Positions 25,956 to 38,084 are shown, counted from the first letter of the whole stretch. The stretch: DNA of 62,692 nucleotides, filler included, from Choristocarpus tenellus KU-1152 (GCA_964200185.2; 12 parts of 12 records of this genome joined end to end with filler, not necessarily neighbours in it); one strand, 5' to 3'. Numbers and translations: made by a program. The notes: a model not told the origin generated them from the letters alone.

Positions 25956-28900
25956 TGGAAAGGGAACCAACAGCAGGGGTTTGATAAAGAGTATTTTTCC
26001 CCCTGCGCTGTGAGAGTTGCAAAAAATGTACGTATGTATTTATGTATATATATATATATATATATTTCAGTTTAAAATACGAGCTGTTGAGTAAACTGTC
26101 TCTATGTGCTCAAATCAGTATTGAAAGTTACGACTCTATACTTGAGCTCCAACGGTGTGGACTAGATCACTGGTACTTGGTACTCTACAATTGAGTACCA
26201 ACGGTGTGGACTAGATCACTGGTACTTGGTACTCTACAATTGAGTACCAACGGTGTGGACTAGATCACTGGTACTTGGTACTCGCTTCCCCTTGTATCGT
26301 GCTAAACACCCCATCAAAGACACCACATCACAAAAAATAAAAAAAAATCTTTCGACAACAGCGCATCCCCAACAGGTACAACAAAAAATAAAAAATGAAG
26401 ACGTGTATGCAGACACTCAAAAGCACTTGAGAGATAATCACCATACCCATGCCCATGCAGGGAATACAAAACTGTGTTCTCATCCTTGACCTCAAAAAAT
26501 TCGATACATTTAAAAAAATTATTCTGAAATGGACAGTTAAAGATTTTCCTCCACGTGCTCCACTATTAAGAACTTCCAGTGGAGGTGAAGTAAGAAAGTA
26601 TGTAAGTATTTAATGATCCTTGCATGAAAAGAAAAGAAAAATTCCAATATATGCGCTTCATCCATCCATCCATCCATCCATCGGTCACCAAAATCAAAAC
26701 AGACTCCTTTGTGCCTGTCCAATGAGGACCTCTAAGTTTCACAAAAGCATATAGAAGTGTTACTATGAGTAACATGCACAACCCTATTATTGTTTGTGAT
26801 AGGTCTATACTAGGATATATTCCAGTAGAGTAGTTCAGATAGGACCTAGATAGGCTAGATACACACAACCCTCTAACTCACGCGCGCCCACAACCCTCTC
26901 CCCTCCCACGTCCCAGAAAAGCATCTACCCCCATTTAAACACTCAACAATCACGCATCACAAACGTAAATTATTCTACACCTTGCCATCGCAAGTAGACC
27001 CCCCTCCACCCCCCCTTCCCCACTCACATCACACGACGCTTCTTCGAAGTTCCACTTGTTATCAGAGCAGTAGAACTTGCTACCAAGGTCCTTTTCAGGG
27101 TTGATATGCCAAGGCAGCCTTCGCCACTTGAAGCACAGGTCGCACTGAGCCCAGGGCGTGCTGGCACTGCACTGAGGTACATCCTCCTGCGACACAAAAC
27201 CCCAACCAACAAACAGATCAACAGCGGTTCACCAGGGGAAGAAAAAAATAAAAAAGAAAGTCAAACCATCACAACAACAAACACGCCTTATTTATTATTC
27301 GCATTTCTACAAACAAGCAGACAAACGCTGGCTATGCACTTGTCCAATCACACTCTTAAAAAAAACAAAATACCAATACACACACACACATATATATTAT
27401 ACCAGCCAGCTGTCACTCAAAAGAGAAGAAACTTAGAACAAGAGTAACAAACATAAAAAAAAAACACACACACATTCAAAAAAAAAATAAACTTAAAACA
27501 CAAATATTAATATTAAAATATAATAGAAACAAAATCACCTCCATCATTAGAGTGTCCCCCACCCTCCCCCGAGTCTCGCCCCACCCGCCAACTCCACCAG
27601 GACCCAAACCGGTCTCCCCCTTTAGACACTCCAACACTTGTCGAAGTCCCTTTGTGTCTTCCAAGACTGCATCCACCATAGGGCTCCCCAGGACAATTGG
27701 CGGATCCTCCCCTTCTACCCTAGAACGCAACTCTACTCCAGCCCCAGAGTCGGTCTCAGAGCTGGCCACTGCCCCTGCCCCTGGTCCATGGAATGCCTCT
27801 GCAAGGTTTGCCGGCCAGGGGTGTTTCCTCTTCTCTGGGTCTTCCAGGTGGGAGATCAGTGACATACGTTCGGATCGAGTGTATGCCCCTCCCCCCCGAT
27901 ACGCATCAAGGACATCAGGAAGGCGTACACAGCTTCAAGTGCCATAAGGGAAGGAAGGGGGTGGGGGGTGGGTTTCAGGGAACAGAGAGAGTTAGGTAGG
28001 GGGCAAAAAAAGTGGCAACATGGAAAAACAAAATATGTTGGCGAAATGTTTTGGTCAAGTATAGTTGAAAAAACATGTTTTATTATAAAATGAGGCAGAA
28101 TTTTGTACACATACATATATACATACATACATACATACATAATATATACATATACAAGAACATCAACAATCCCGCTTGTTGACAGCACGCCACTATTCAT
28201 ATGCTGCACAAAAACAAAAAAAAGAAAAAAGAAAGAAAATACAAAAAAAAGGTCAAGGAACTAATGCAACAAATAAAAGACTCACCCAAACAATTCTGCT
28301 CCGATTGCCTCATTGACCAGAGTCCCTTGCCCAGTGTTATGCCACTGTAGGAGCTGTGCTAGTACATAGTGTGGACCACAAACGCGTCGGTATTCATGCA
28401 CAACCTGAAAATAAAAAAACATAAATAAAACAAAAGCACACCGAAAGAAAAAACAGCGGAGGGACACAGGCAAGGCAGGGCAGGGCAGGGCAGGGCAGAG
28501 GGACAAAATTTCGGCAACCACCTTCACAAGGAAGTCAACAGCCAGGTAAAAAAAAAAGGAGCTAACGACCAAATAAGAGCAGTGCTGTAGTCATCTTACA
28601 GTTTCTTTTTTTTTTCCTAACCCTAAAAAGAAAAAAAAAATCATAGCAAACAATTAACAAAGAACAACAAAAAACAAACAACTCCAGAAGAACGCCCAGA
28701 AATATCAGAGCCCCAGGATTGCCACCCTGCACCAAACATCCATGCATATGCAACACTTTATATCCATCCCACCCTCTCAGTCGACACTAATGCATGCACA
28801 ATATCACATACACCAAACACACCTCATCTCCTTTGAGGAAAGATTGTTCCTCTACTTGCTTGGGGGCCTGGCTCGAACGGGCCTGCTTCGACCATCTCCG

Positions 28901-29326
28901 GGGCTGCTTGTACTTGGCCTTGCTGTTCTTGCCACCGGCCTTGGGCTTCTTACCCACCTTCACAGGCACCGCCAATGTCGCCACAGCACCAGCTCCAGAG
29001 CGCAAAGCCTCCCCCATATCGACCTCCCCTCCGGCCCCAGCACCACCAGACACCCCCACGCCCCCTGTCACAGCAACAACCCCACTCTCTGCCTCAGAGC
29101 CACACTCCATTCCTGACATGGCTACAGGCAATCCTGCCACTGGAGACACTCCTCCATTGTGACCACCTGCTTGTCCAGCTTCCACCTCACTAGTCCCTGC
29201 CTCCGCAGTCCCCACAGAACAACTACCATCACCCATGCACAAATCAGTGATGCACAAATCAGTGCCTTTCAGTGTCACTACCCCCGCCCCCCCCCCCGCC
29301 CCCCCAACCCGCCCACCCCCCCACCC
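25804..29326 (-). CDS. ATXR3: ATXR3/SDG2-like histone H3K4 methyltransferase, C-terminal part (SDG2_C region) followed by a CW-type zinc finger; partial
   Basis: Phase-consistent exons (..-28823, 28404-28286, 27932-27539, 27186-27028, 25869-25804) give VVHEYRRVCGPHYVLAQLLQWHN...GCVRLPDV...HPWP...VLGSPMVDAVL. This parallels the Arabidopsis ATXR3 C-terminus (recalled as Y.K.YG..YCLGQL..W...GCLSLPDV...PWP...FGSPMFDAVL). It is followed by WAQCDLCFKWRRLP...FYCSDNKWNFEEASCDAP (zf-CW). The SET domain itself is not in the window. Confidence 0.8.
25891..25948. repeat. (AGAT)n-(AG)n microsatellite
   Basis: Directly visible. Confidence 0.9.
26133..26283. repeat. 49-bp minisatellite x3 with a palindrome across unit junctions (intronic)
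   Basis: Unit actctacaattgagtaccaacggtgtggactagatcactggtacttggt at 26133, 26182 and 26231; junctions form ttggtactc-tacaatt-gagtaccaa. Confidence 0.95.
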
Positions 29327-29426
29327 NNNNNNNNNNNNNNNNNNNNNNNNNNNNNNNNNNNNNNNNNNNNTTAATTAATTAANNNNNNNNNNNNNNNNNN
29401 NNNNNNNNNNNNNNNNNNNNNNNNNN
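29327..29426. other. artificial contig linker
   Basis: 44N-TTAATTAATTAA-44N. Confidence 0.97.
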
Positions 29427-30758
29427 CTTTGTATCAGGTAGGCAACCCCCCCTAGATTACACCGGCGATGGGACATTCACCACAAGAACACCATGGTGGC
29501 ACAGGGGAGATTCTCATTACAAGTCATTGGGTTCATCATTGTGTTTATCAGCCATACATGTGTTATTTTTGGGGGTCTTTTTTGAACAACAAGGAGAAGC
29601 TAGTTCGCAGTGTTCAAGATGCTGAAGTGTAACCTCGGACTACATATAATGGAGTATGCAGGATTATCTAGAGATCATTCATAGACAAGTGTTTCTCTAT
29701 CCACAAATGTACCTTGTAAGCAGTAAAATGAAACCAGTGCTGTCAAATTCCTTTGAAGGATGGCAGAAATCAAACGGTTGTGCCACTGCAAGAGGGTACA
29801 CCTCCCCTGGACTTCCTGGAATGTACTCCGGGAGATATCCACTAAACATTGTAGGTGTACATGGAAATGTATGAACAGGGCCTATACTGCTACCATGATC
29901 AACAGCTGCATAGCACGATGCTTTGGTCGCTCTTGGTTTCTCAGCCTTGAACCGCTCTGCCTGGTTGTCCTGAGGATATGAAAGTTTTGAGGTTGACCGC
30001 ACTCCAATCCGTCTAACGCGTAACTTGACACGGCTGGGCTGGATACTGAGGAGACTGTGGAGATATCCAGGACAACGCGGGTAGCAAGTCAGTTTGGCAC
30101 AGGTCATGGGTGTACTTGGTACTCCACCAGGCCGGAATGATGAAAGTATTGCTTTTTGGTTCCTTGAGTACTAGTAAAGTCTTCACGATGCCTCATTGGA
30201 AGCCTTTACCTGACGATGTTCTCGAGCGCCCATCCCTCGACAGAAACACCAGCAATGGCTACGCAAACATCACCTTCTTCTATGGCACCAGCTGCTGCAC
30301 TACCTGGGGACAACCTGCATTGGTCAATCACGACCAAGTGTTATATCGTGCTGTAATAAGCTGTGAAGGTGGTGTCCATCGACACGAAAATGCAAGACTT
30401 TGGTCGAAACGTCAACGTACGATGATATGAAGTTAGCCTTGTGTCTGGCGGATCTCACTTTGTAACAACAGCATCATTGGGGTTTCGGCCTCTGACAAGC
30501 TGGAAGCCCAGTCCTGTAGCACCCCTGCAAGAGCGAATATTGGAGAGGGGGTGTGGGGCGTAGATAATTTAAGGACATCACGACGTGGATCCCTGGTCTG
30601 CGAGGTTATTAAAAGTATCTCTTAAGTTTTTACCTGGACAGAATAACATCGATCTCTTGCGGATCCGAGGTCGCATCTCGCTTCCACTGTGTCAATGGTG
30701 TAAAGGAATCGGTTCCCAATATGGTAATGAAGCTCAACCACCCCCATAGGGAGCGCAT
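29427..30758 (-). CDS. putative signal peptide + PDZ domain + PA (protease-associated) domain protein, 3'-truncated
   Basis: Exons 30758-30634, 30524-30459, 30314-30210, 30054-29713 and 29451-<29427, all four introns phase 2 and GT-AG. Protein: MRSLWGWLSFITILGTDSFTP...EIDVILSRGATGLGFQLVRGRNPNDAVVTKLSPGSAAAGAIEEGDVCVAIAGVSVEGWALENIVSLLSIQPSRVKLRVRR (GLGF PDZ) ...YPLAVAQPFDFCHP...GFILLLTRGGCLPDTK (PA-type RG.C...K). An in-frame TGA lies two codons upstream of the ATG. Confidence 0.8.
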
Positions 30759-31759
30759 CGTTCACGTGGCCAGAGGGAAATAAGCAAGGATGGATCCTCT
30801 TGCAACTACACTTTCTACTGTTGTTGGCACTATCTTGCTATCCTCCCCATCTGAAGATCTGATTTGTTTACAGCTTGACTTGGTTTACGGTTACGGTCTG
30901 AGGATTTCTATTTTCGACCCACACCAATCCTTCATACCATGACCTATCTGCCTTGTGGTAGAGAGGAGGTAAGTACTGTATATTTTTCTGTTCCTTGGTT
31001 GGGATGTACCACACATTTAAAATATGGAAAGATATATATAACATTCTCTTGTATATATCGCCCTCTTTCCTATTAAGGGAGAAGTTTTGACGCATTGTTT
31101 GTGGGGGGGTTTCTTTTCTGTGTTTCAATGTATGACGGGTTTTAAAGAACCTACAGGAAATGAAAGGAAGATGTGGTCAGTTGAGGATACAAAAGCCGTT
31201 TTGTGTCAGAACTAGGTTTCGAAAATCGTAACCAAAATACCTCCTAACAGGAAAAACATGTAATTTGTACGAAAATATTAATATTAGTAGCAGTAGTGGT
31301 ACGTGTAGTAGTACATATTCTACCTACATAGTTCTATGAGGAGTCCTACGTTTCTCAACCAGCCTATATACACTAGTCGTCTTCTATCAATCCACGTGGG
31401 TCAACTATATATAGTTTTCAATTTCAAAAGAGATGAGGGGTGAAGAAGATTCCAGTTGAAGGTAAATTGTGCATTCTGTTGTTAGGTTATCTTGTATTCT
31501 GCTCCTTTCTACCTCATGACAATATCGAAAGAATGATAATGGTCATCAGAAGACCGTACTGTGCTAGGTCAGTTGCTCGTATACGAGGTGAGTGGCATAC
31601 ATACCAAGATATTGACGTTTGGGGAACTTGAAAATGGAAAACGGAAGCAAGGTGGACAGAAGAACTGGTGAACATATCTCCAAGATGGTCTAACAAGTTT
31701 GGGATTAGAGTTGAAAGTTGGAGCACAAAGGTTGCCAACCAACAGGAGTGGTATGTGTG

Positions 31760-31941
31760 CAATTAACCTTGGAAAGAATTGTTAGAAAAGGATTGTACAA
31801 GATCACAACGAGGGATCAAGAAATTCCTGAAATACCCACGGCCACTTCAGACGCGGCAGTGCACACACCACATGCCATCTACATCAAGAACAACACGGCA
31901 TTATGGTTTCTACTTATCCAAGTAACAAAAGGGGTCAGCAT
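31760..31941 (+). mobile_element. Copia gag 5' fragment, same family as 56898-59276
   Basis: TATSDAAVHTPHAIYIKNNTALWFLLIQVTKG aligns with TTISGEAVRMAHATHMKNNKAWFLLIQATKG at about 56900; homology stops at gggtcagcat. Confidence 0.75.
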
Positions 31942-32075
31942 TGAACAGTGGATTTAAAAAATTGAGGATGGAGCGGGGCTATGAGGATGGTTGTTCTGCG
32001 AAAACGGTCTTGAAAAAGTACCGAAAGGTTTTTTTTTGCAACTAACTATTTTTGCACTTGGAAGGGCCCGGGATA
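31939..32075 (+). mobile_element. family E transposon terminus inserted into the Copia gag fragment
   Basis: cattgaacagtggattt.aaaaattgaggatggagc is shared with 51529 and starts where the Copia homology ends. Confidence 0.7.
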
Positions 32076-32175
32076 NNNNNNNNNNNNNNNNNNNNNNNNN
32101 NNNNNNNNNNNNNNNNNNNTTAATTAATTAANNNNNNNNNNNNNNNNNNNNNNNNNNNNNNNNNNNNNNNNNNNN
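32076..32175. other. artificial contig linker
   Basis: 44N-TTAATTAATTAA-44N. Confidence 0.97.
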
Positions 32176-32199
32176 CCCCTCTCCCAGATACTTTGACCC
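32176..32199. mobile_element. MITE TIR at contig start
   Basis: cccagatactttgaccc. Confidence 0.7.
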
Positions 32200-33773
32200 T
32201 TCGAATCTTATTCTCACAAATGGACAAGCATAATCTCGACACAGGGAATTTGTTACAGGCACGCCCCAGACACTTCCACAGGATGGTTAGCTCCAATTCA
32301 CAGATTAACGAACGTCAGCTCAGCAGAACAGGGGTACTCTCAAATGAATCAATCAGCATAAGAATTATGTATGTTTTTCGAAATGCTATAGGTGCGTCTC
32401 TAGGTCAGAAGAACTGAGCTGTTTGGAGCCGTTTTTAGGATCGCTTATCATCATTTATCATTGGTGCTTCTTTGGTTTACAGACATTGGAATATATCTGA
32501 GAACCCTTGCGACCTTTTATCCGGGAACCCTTGGGACTTTCCCGAGTTACAGATTTTATTCTGCAACTTTTTAGGAAATCGGAGTTCCCACTTTTTGGGT
32601 TCTCCACGCGCGTACACTGCTCGCGCCGGTTAAAACGCGGGAAGAAATACTCGCGCTATTCGCTTGGAACAAATTCCCCCTCCCTTCTTTTCTTCTGGTT
32701 CTGACCAAGTCGTGGTTCCCCAAGGTTAAGAGTGCCTTTGGTGGTTTCAAGAGCATGCTTGGATTCCCCCCCTTCCTTGGTAACAATTTAGCTCTAGCTC
32801 GAGATCTCCCCTACCTTCCTTACATCAGGTTGAACAAATGATTAATTTCATGTGTCAAATATCCGAATTTATTTATCCTCCTCTGATTCAAAACCGAAAC
32901 AATGATGGTCTCTTAACCTCTTCAACCTTCAGCCTTCCTGTACTCTGTTGAATGTTTTTGTGTTGGTTATGTCTATTTTTGTGACCCCTTTAGGTATTAC
33001 GTACCCAACTTAATGTGGAATGTGTGCCAACTATTTCTAATTTGGTTTCATTTAATCAAATAAAACTAGTACAATATACAACTTGTACTTATTCTATTGA
33101 AGTAATATGATAGCATCACAATATTGTTCGATTGTACGTATTACTTTAAATACAGTAGATAGTAGTATTTCTTCTTGACAATCAATGCCGAAGACACTAA
33201 CAGAAGAAGAAGAAGAGAGAGAACTAACTGCTAACAATGATAACACTACCACCGTGTACAAACGCTGTTTATAAAATGGAGATATAGCGGCAATAATGTA
33301 CATATATATAACGCTGCAGTGACCAACCTTTAAGGGAGTGTTCTAGAATAGCAGGCATTCAAATGGTGAATAGATTGTAGGGAAATATCGTTCACATTTA
33401 TACTTGTTTAAAGTTTTCAGGTGTCCTTGTGATATTGGCTTGGTTTTTTCCCTGACATGTGGAAAATGTTAGAGGATATAATAATATATAGATAAGAATA
33501 TGATCAATTTCTTGTTTTCAACTTGTATCGGTAGTCGACTATGGGGATTGAGTTATTGCGATATGAATGGTTATGATATATCAATATAGTGGTGGACAAC
33601 TTTGTACAAGAACGCCTTCCGTTATTCTGTCCGTTTCACCCTCAATACAAAGTATATTGCTGTTGTTGGAATGGTGATACAACTTGCACTTAAGACCTCC
33701 ATCAAGACCTGGGTAGGCTGTGCCACCCTACGGCCGTCCACATACACAAAGAGTGGTAGAGAAAAAAATAATA

Positions 33774-36575
33774 ATGGTCGTCATCCAGATCAAGCGCTCT
33801 GACAAGGATTCTTTCATTGTAGAGGCCTCCACCACTGAGTCCAACGAAACTCTGGTCCGGCGTGTGGTGAGTCATCCAGAGTTATGTGTTTGATGAAGGG
33901 GAAATCAGTCCATTGTTACTCATGGTTATGATATTTAGTATGGTTGCCTTGCGAATCGTATTGCGTGGAAGACATTGCAAACCTGGAATGGGTGACCGAG
34001 AAACTGCATCTTTCTCAAGATCATCCAGAACCTAGCCCATCCATCTTCTCTCTATCGATTGCCAAAAGGTTAATCACATAGAAACACAAATCGGGTGAAT
34101 TTGTGTTCATTCCGAGTCAAAGGAAATTAGGGTACTTGATGACTACCTGTCTGTAGCTAACCTGGAACGCGAGAATTAGTCACCTGTCATCGTTCACTCT
34201 TTTACTGTATGTGATCTTTTTGTTTGCAACCCCCACCTGGAATCCATGTATTACGAATGCCCCAGTGAACCTCCGTTGCAACGTTCATGTCAACCTTGAC
34301 CTATTGGTGCCTCGTTATAGGTAAAAATATGGAATACACGAATACGCCTTATGCAGCTGATCGGGGGGGTCCGCAGCCTTGGACAGTACGGCCCTATGAA
34401 GCCAGAAGCAGAACATGGACTCGATGAGGTGACTCTACTGGGTATATATATCGCTGGGATAGAGGAGAATCAAATGCATAGATAGATGCTAGGGATGCGA
34501 ATGGGGGAGTCGAGCAATCGGGGCGAGATCTTGGCTAGTGCTGACCACGGCGAAGAAATGATTATGTGAGCGTCTCTGATACACATCGACTCAGCTTTTT
34601 CCATGTTGGCTTTCTGGACTATTCAACAAACGACCATTATGGTCTAATTTCTATTTTGTTTTAGCGCTGATATCCCTTGCCCCAACCAATACTTCGCTTT
34701 ACTGTTGTTTTGTTCTGGATTTGTTTTCCTGTTCGGGGCAGGTGAAAGAGGAGTACGAGGGAATCAAAATCGACAAAGGACCCTTCTATGTCCCTGACCC
34801 AACAGGTGAAGTGGTAGAGTCGGGGCAAGGGAACTTGTGATATATATTACTGATCTTGTTTTGCAAGCGCAGTACTGGTGCTTCCTGCAGCATACGGTGA
34901 ACGTTAGCATTTTTTTATTTTTTGGGATGTGTTTTAGTGCTAAAACTAGTGGGGTAATGCTAACTAGTGGGGTAAACATATACTTTTGCTATCTGTGCAA
35001 GTCCAGCTCTCCTCCGCTCACTTCTCCTTTCAAGGATTGATATCTGGACACTTTTGTGAAGCAATCTGTTTGCCCCATATCCCCACTCTTCATGCACACT
35101 CCGGATCACTGCATATATTTAAAAGTAGGTTACCATAGATTGTCGTACAACATTGATTCTCTCCCCCCCCATCACAAGCCATCCATCCTCTGAAACTTGC
35201 CCATATATACCTCTGAAACTGCTTATATCTGATTTGTATCTTGGTCATATCGGGCATTGATGTGAAACCCTGCAAATGATTAATCCAAGATACCCAAGTT
35301 ACACATGTCGACTTTGGGTGTCTTGTGTATGTGATGTAAAGGAAAACGCACAGGAAATGGAGTTGGCCCCCAGCTGACAGAGACATTCGAGAAGGTTTGT
35401 AAAGATGCAGAGTTAATGTTGGAGCAATCCAGGGGAGGGGGCACAGGACGGAACGGGGGTGGGAAGCTAGCTGCAGTCACACAGGATGCCCTCAATGAGA
35501 AGATGGACAACATTCGAGGTGCTGTCACCATGGGTGAGAGGAAGACTGTAGCTTGCTGGATTTCCCTTTATTTGTGTGAGCCATTTTGACTGAACAGAGG
35601 GGAAGGAGAGGGGGAGAGTGGAGTTAGGGGAAAGTTGCAATTAGTTCTAGGGTAAGGAATTCAGTAATCTTTGGGACCTCTTGTTTGATTAGGAGTGAGC
35701 AAGAGTTTTGTTTGTAGGAGATGAAGGCGTGTGCAGAAGTCATGGCTAATACCTGAGTAGTTGGACGTTAATCGTTGGGATAAGGGTTAGGGTTAGGGAG
35801 GGAAAGGAGGTGTGCCCATTTGGCACATGTGTAGTTGTGTGTGCCAGGGACAAATGCAATGGGGATAAGAAGCAATGAGGATGAGACAAATCAATAGCCC
35901 ATAAAGCTCACTCACTTGTCTGTCATGGGGTTGTGCTCTCAAGCTTGCACCATGGGTCCAGTATCAAGGGTGCACTTTTTTTTCTTTTTTTTTTCATCAA
36001 TAACTTAAGTTAATAATAATTTAGAAGAATGTTATCTTGGAGGTCCTTTGAAGTATCAACGTTGACGGAGGTTTGGTGTTCAGTCCTTCTGCTCATACCA
36101 AAAAAAGGGCTGAAGCCTCATTTTTTCAGTTTGTCATCTTATTATTCTTTGCTAGACATATCGCGATTGAATTGATCTTGTCTCACTTTTGCTATGTTTC
36201 TACTACCCTTGAATTTTTTCTATGGGTCTTCATCTTGCAGAATTTAACTGACTCCCCCCCACCCCCTCCAACCCTCCCCTACCCCCCTATGTGCTACTCT
36301 GTTTTTTTTATTTTGGTGTTTGTCATACTCCTTGGCTCCTCTTTGTTCCTGGTCCCCATTGTGTGTTTGTTTGTCTGCATGTGGGTGCATGTGGGTGCAC
36401 GTGGGTGCATGTGGGTGAAATGTTAGCCTTTCCCATGGGACTGCCCCCCTACGATGTTGTGCGAATGACAATTGAGGGGGAGGAAGGCCTGGAGGGCACA
36501 TCAGCCGCCCAGGAGCTTCTGGATGAGGAGACAGCAGGATTGTGGATGGCAGGGAAGGAGTTCCGCAAGGACCAG
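33774..36575 (+). CDS. CFAP298: cilia- and flagella-associated protein 298 (C21orf59/Kurly/FBB18), exons 1-5, 3'-truncated
   Basis: Exons 33774-33866, 34321-34428, 34742-34805, 35342-35533 and 36427-36575 splice in frame: MVVIQIKRSDKDSFIVE...KIWNTRIRL...YGPMKPE..GLDE...DPTGKRTGNGVGP...NIRGAVTMAFPMGLPPYD.VR...LWMAGKEF, matching the hallmark RGAV..YPMGLPPYD and LW.A.KE motifs. Confidence 0.95.
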
Positions 36576-36866
36576 GTGGCGTTTTCCTGTTCCTCTGTGT
36601 GTGTTACACATTGAAATAGTTTGGTTCTACTATGTAATCTGTATGGCATACAGAGTGCATTGCAGGGTATTTGAAAAAAAAAGATTCTACTGTGAAAGGG
36701 GTCACAAACAAGAAACATATATATGTCGAAATATGGAAATATATAGAAATATAGACAAGTTTTGACGCCCCTCCAAAAATACAAAAATGCAGGAAAGAAG
36801 AAAGTGAGAGTGTTTCAGCTAAATCAGGGGAGTATTGGTTGTGGAGAAGTATAGGAGTCAGGAGCA

Positions 36867-36977
36867 CTCCTTGATATGCCTCCCATGGTGGTCTTATATT
36901 AGGGTTAGGGTTAGGGTTAGGATTAGCCCTAATCCTAACCCCTCCTTGATACACCTCCCATGGTGTGGTCTTATATT
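36867..36977. repeat. about 34-bp direct duplication flanking a fold-back telomeric tract
   Basis: ctccttgata..cctcccatggt(gt)ggtcttatatt at 36867 and 36942; between them (TTAGGG)3-TTAGGA-TTAG-CC-CTAA-TCCTAA-CCC. Confidence 0.9.
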
Positions 36978-37183
36978 GCTTTGACAAGAAAAGCTGCAGT
37001 AGAAGGTTTCCATGTCACAATATTAATACCCACATTGGTGAATAGTGGTGTTGTAGTGGTGTTGGTTCTGCCATGATTCTAGCAGGGGCACATAGGGGGG
37101 GGGGGTGATCTTTTTCCAGCCCTGCCTGTGCCCTCCCCCTTTTTTACTGGTATCATTATTTTGTGCTGTAAAATCTATTTTGT

Positions 37184-37283
37184 NNNNNNNNNNNNNNNNN
37201 NNNNNNNNNNNNNNNNNNNNNNNNNNNTTAATTAATTAANNNNNNNNNNNNNNNNNNNNNNNNNNNNNNNNNNNNNNNNNNNN
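37184..37283. other. artificial contig linker
   Basis: 44N-TTAATTAATTAA-44N. Confidence 0.97.
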
Positions 37284-38084
37284 GAGGTCTTACAGGTTAG
37301 GGTTAGGGTTACAGTCAAGACTGGGGGGGGGGGGGGGGGGAGTGAGAACACCAATGATGTTGAAGGCGACTGTTTGTTTAGCTTGCTGATTGTTTGAAAG
37401 CAGTTTTTTAAGTTGGGGGTGTGTTTTTAGGGTTATGGTGTGTACGAGGTGGGCAGTATCTGTGAAAATGGTACGCCATTGTGTGCATGTTCATGGTTGT
37501 GAAAGGTGTTGAAATTGTTCTGCGTCAAGTACTGTCAAATTTTATTTTTTTCTTAGTCATGGTGTGCCACTGACTGAACTGAAACTTCATCTTGAATGTG
37601 CTAGGGAGGAGTTTTGGACAGCTTTTTTTATTGGTTCATCAACCTTTGTTGTGGAGTGTTTGTTCGGGTTACTTTATTGTGGATGCATCACAATCCTGTC
37701 TTTTCATTGGTCAGAGATCCTAGTTTTGAGTTGGTTGGGTAGAGACTTCTCCCCTCGGGATGTGAGTATTGATAGGAACTTTGGTTATTCTCACCTAGGT
37801 GGGTGGGTGTGGTAGCATGGCATTGTAGATGGGTTCTGTCAAGTAGCTCTACTTTTTTGTGTTGGGTTCATATTCCTTTTTATGGCCTGGGGAGGCAAAG
37901 GGGAGCCCTTTGTGTTCGCTACGATTTGCTGCTGTGTTTTAATTTTTGTGTTGTACGAAGTTCTACTTTGACTTCCACAATTGTATTGTAAGTGTTGATA
38001 TTATAGTATTGGTACCAGTACTACAGTACTCTTGACTGAACCACTTGATACTGCATTTTTTAATTGTTAATTTTATTTTCTGCT

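Noticed and set aside
32507-32830. GC-richer coding-like stretch upstream of CFAP298
   Set aside because: All frames are interrupted; no supported exon structure.
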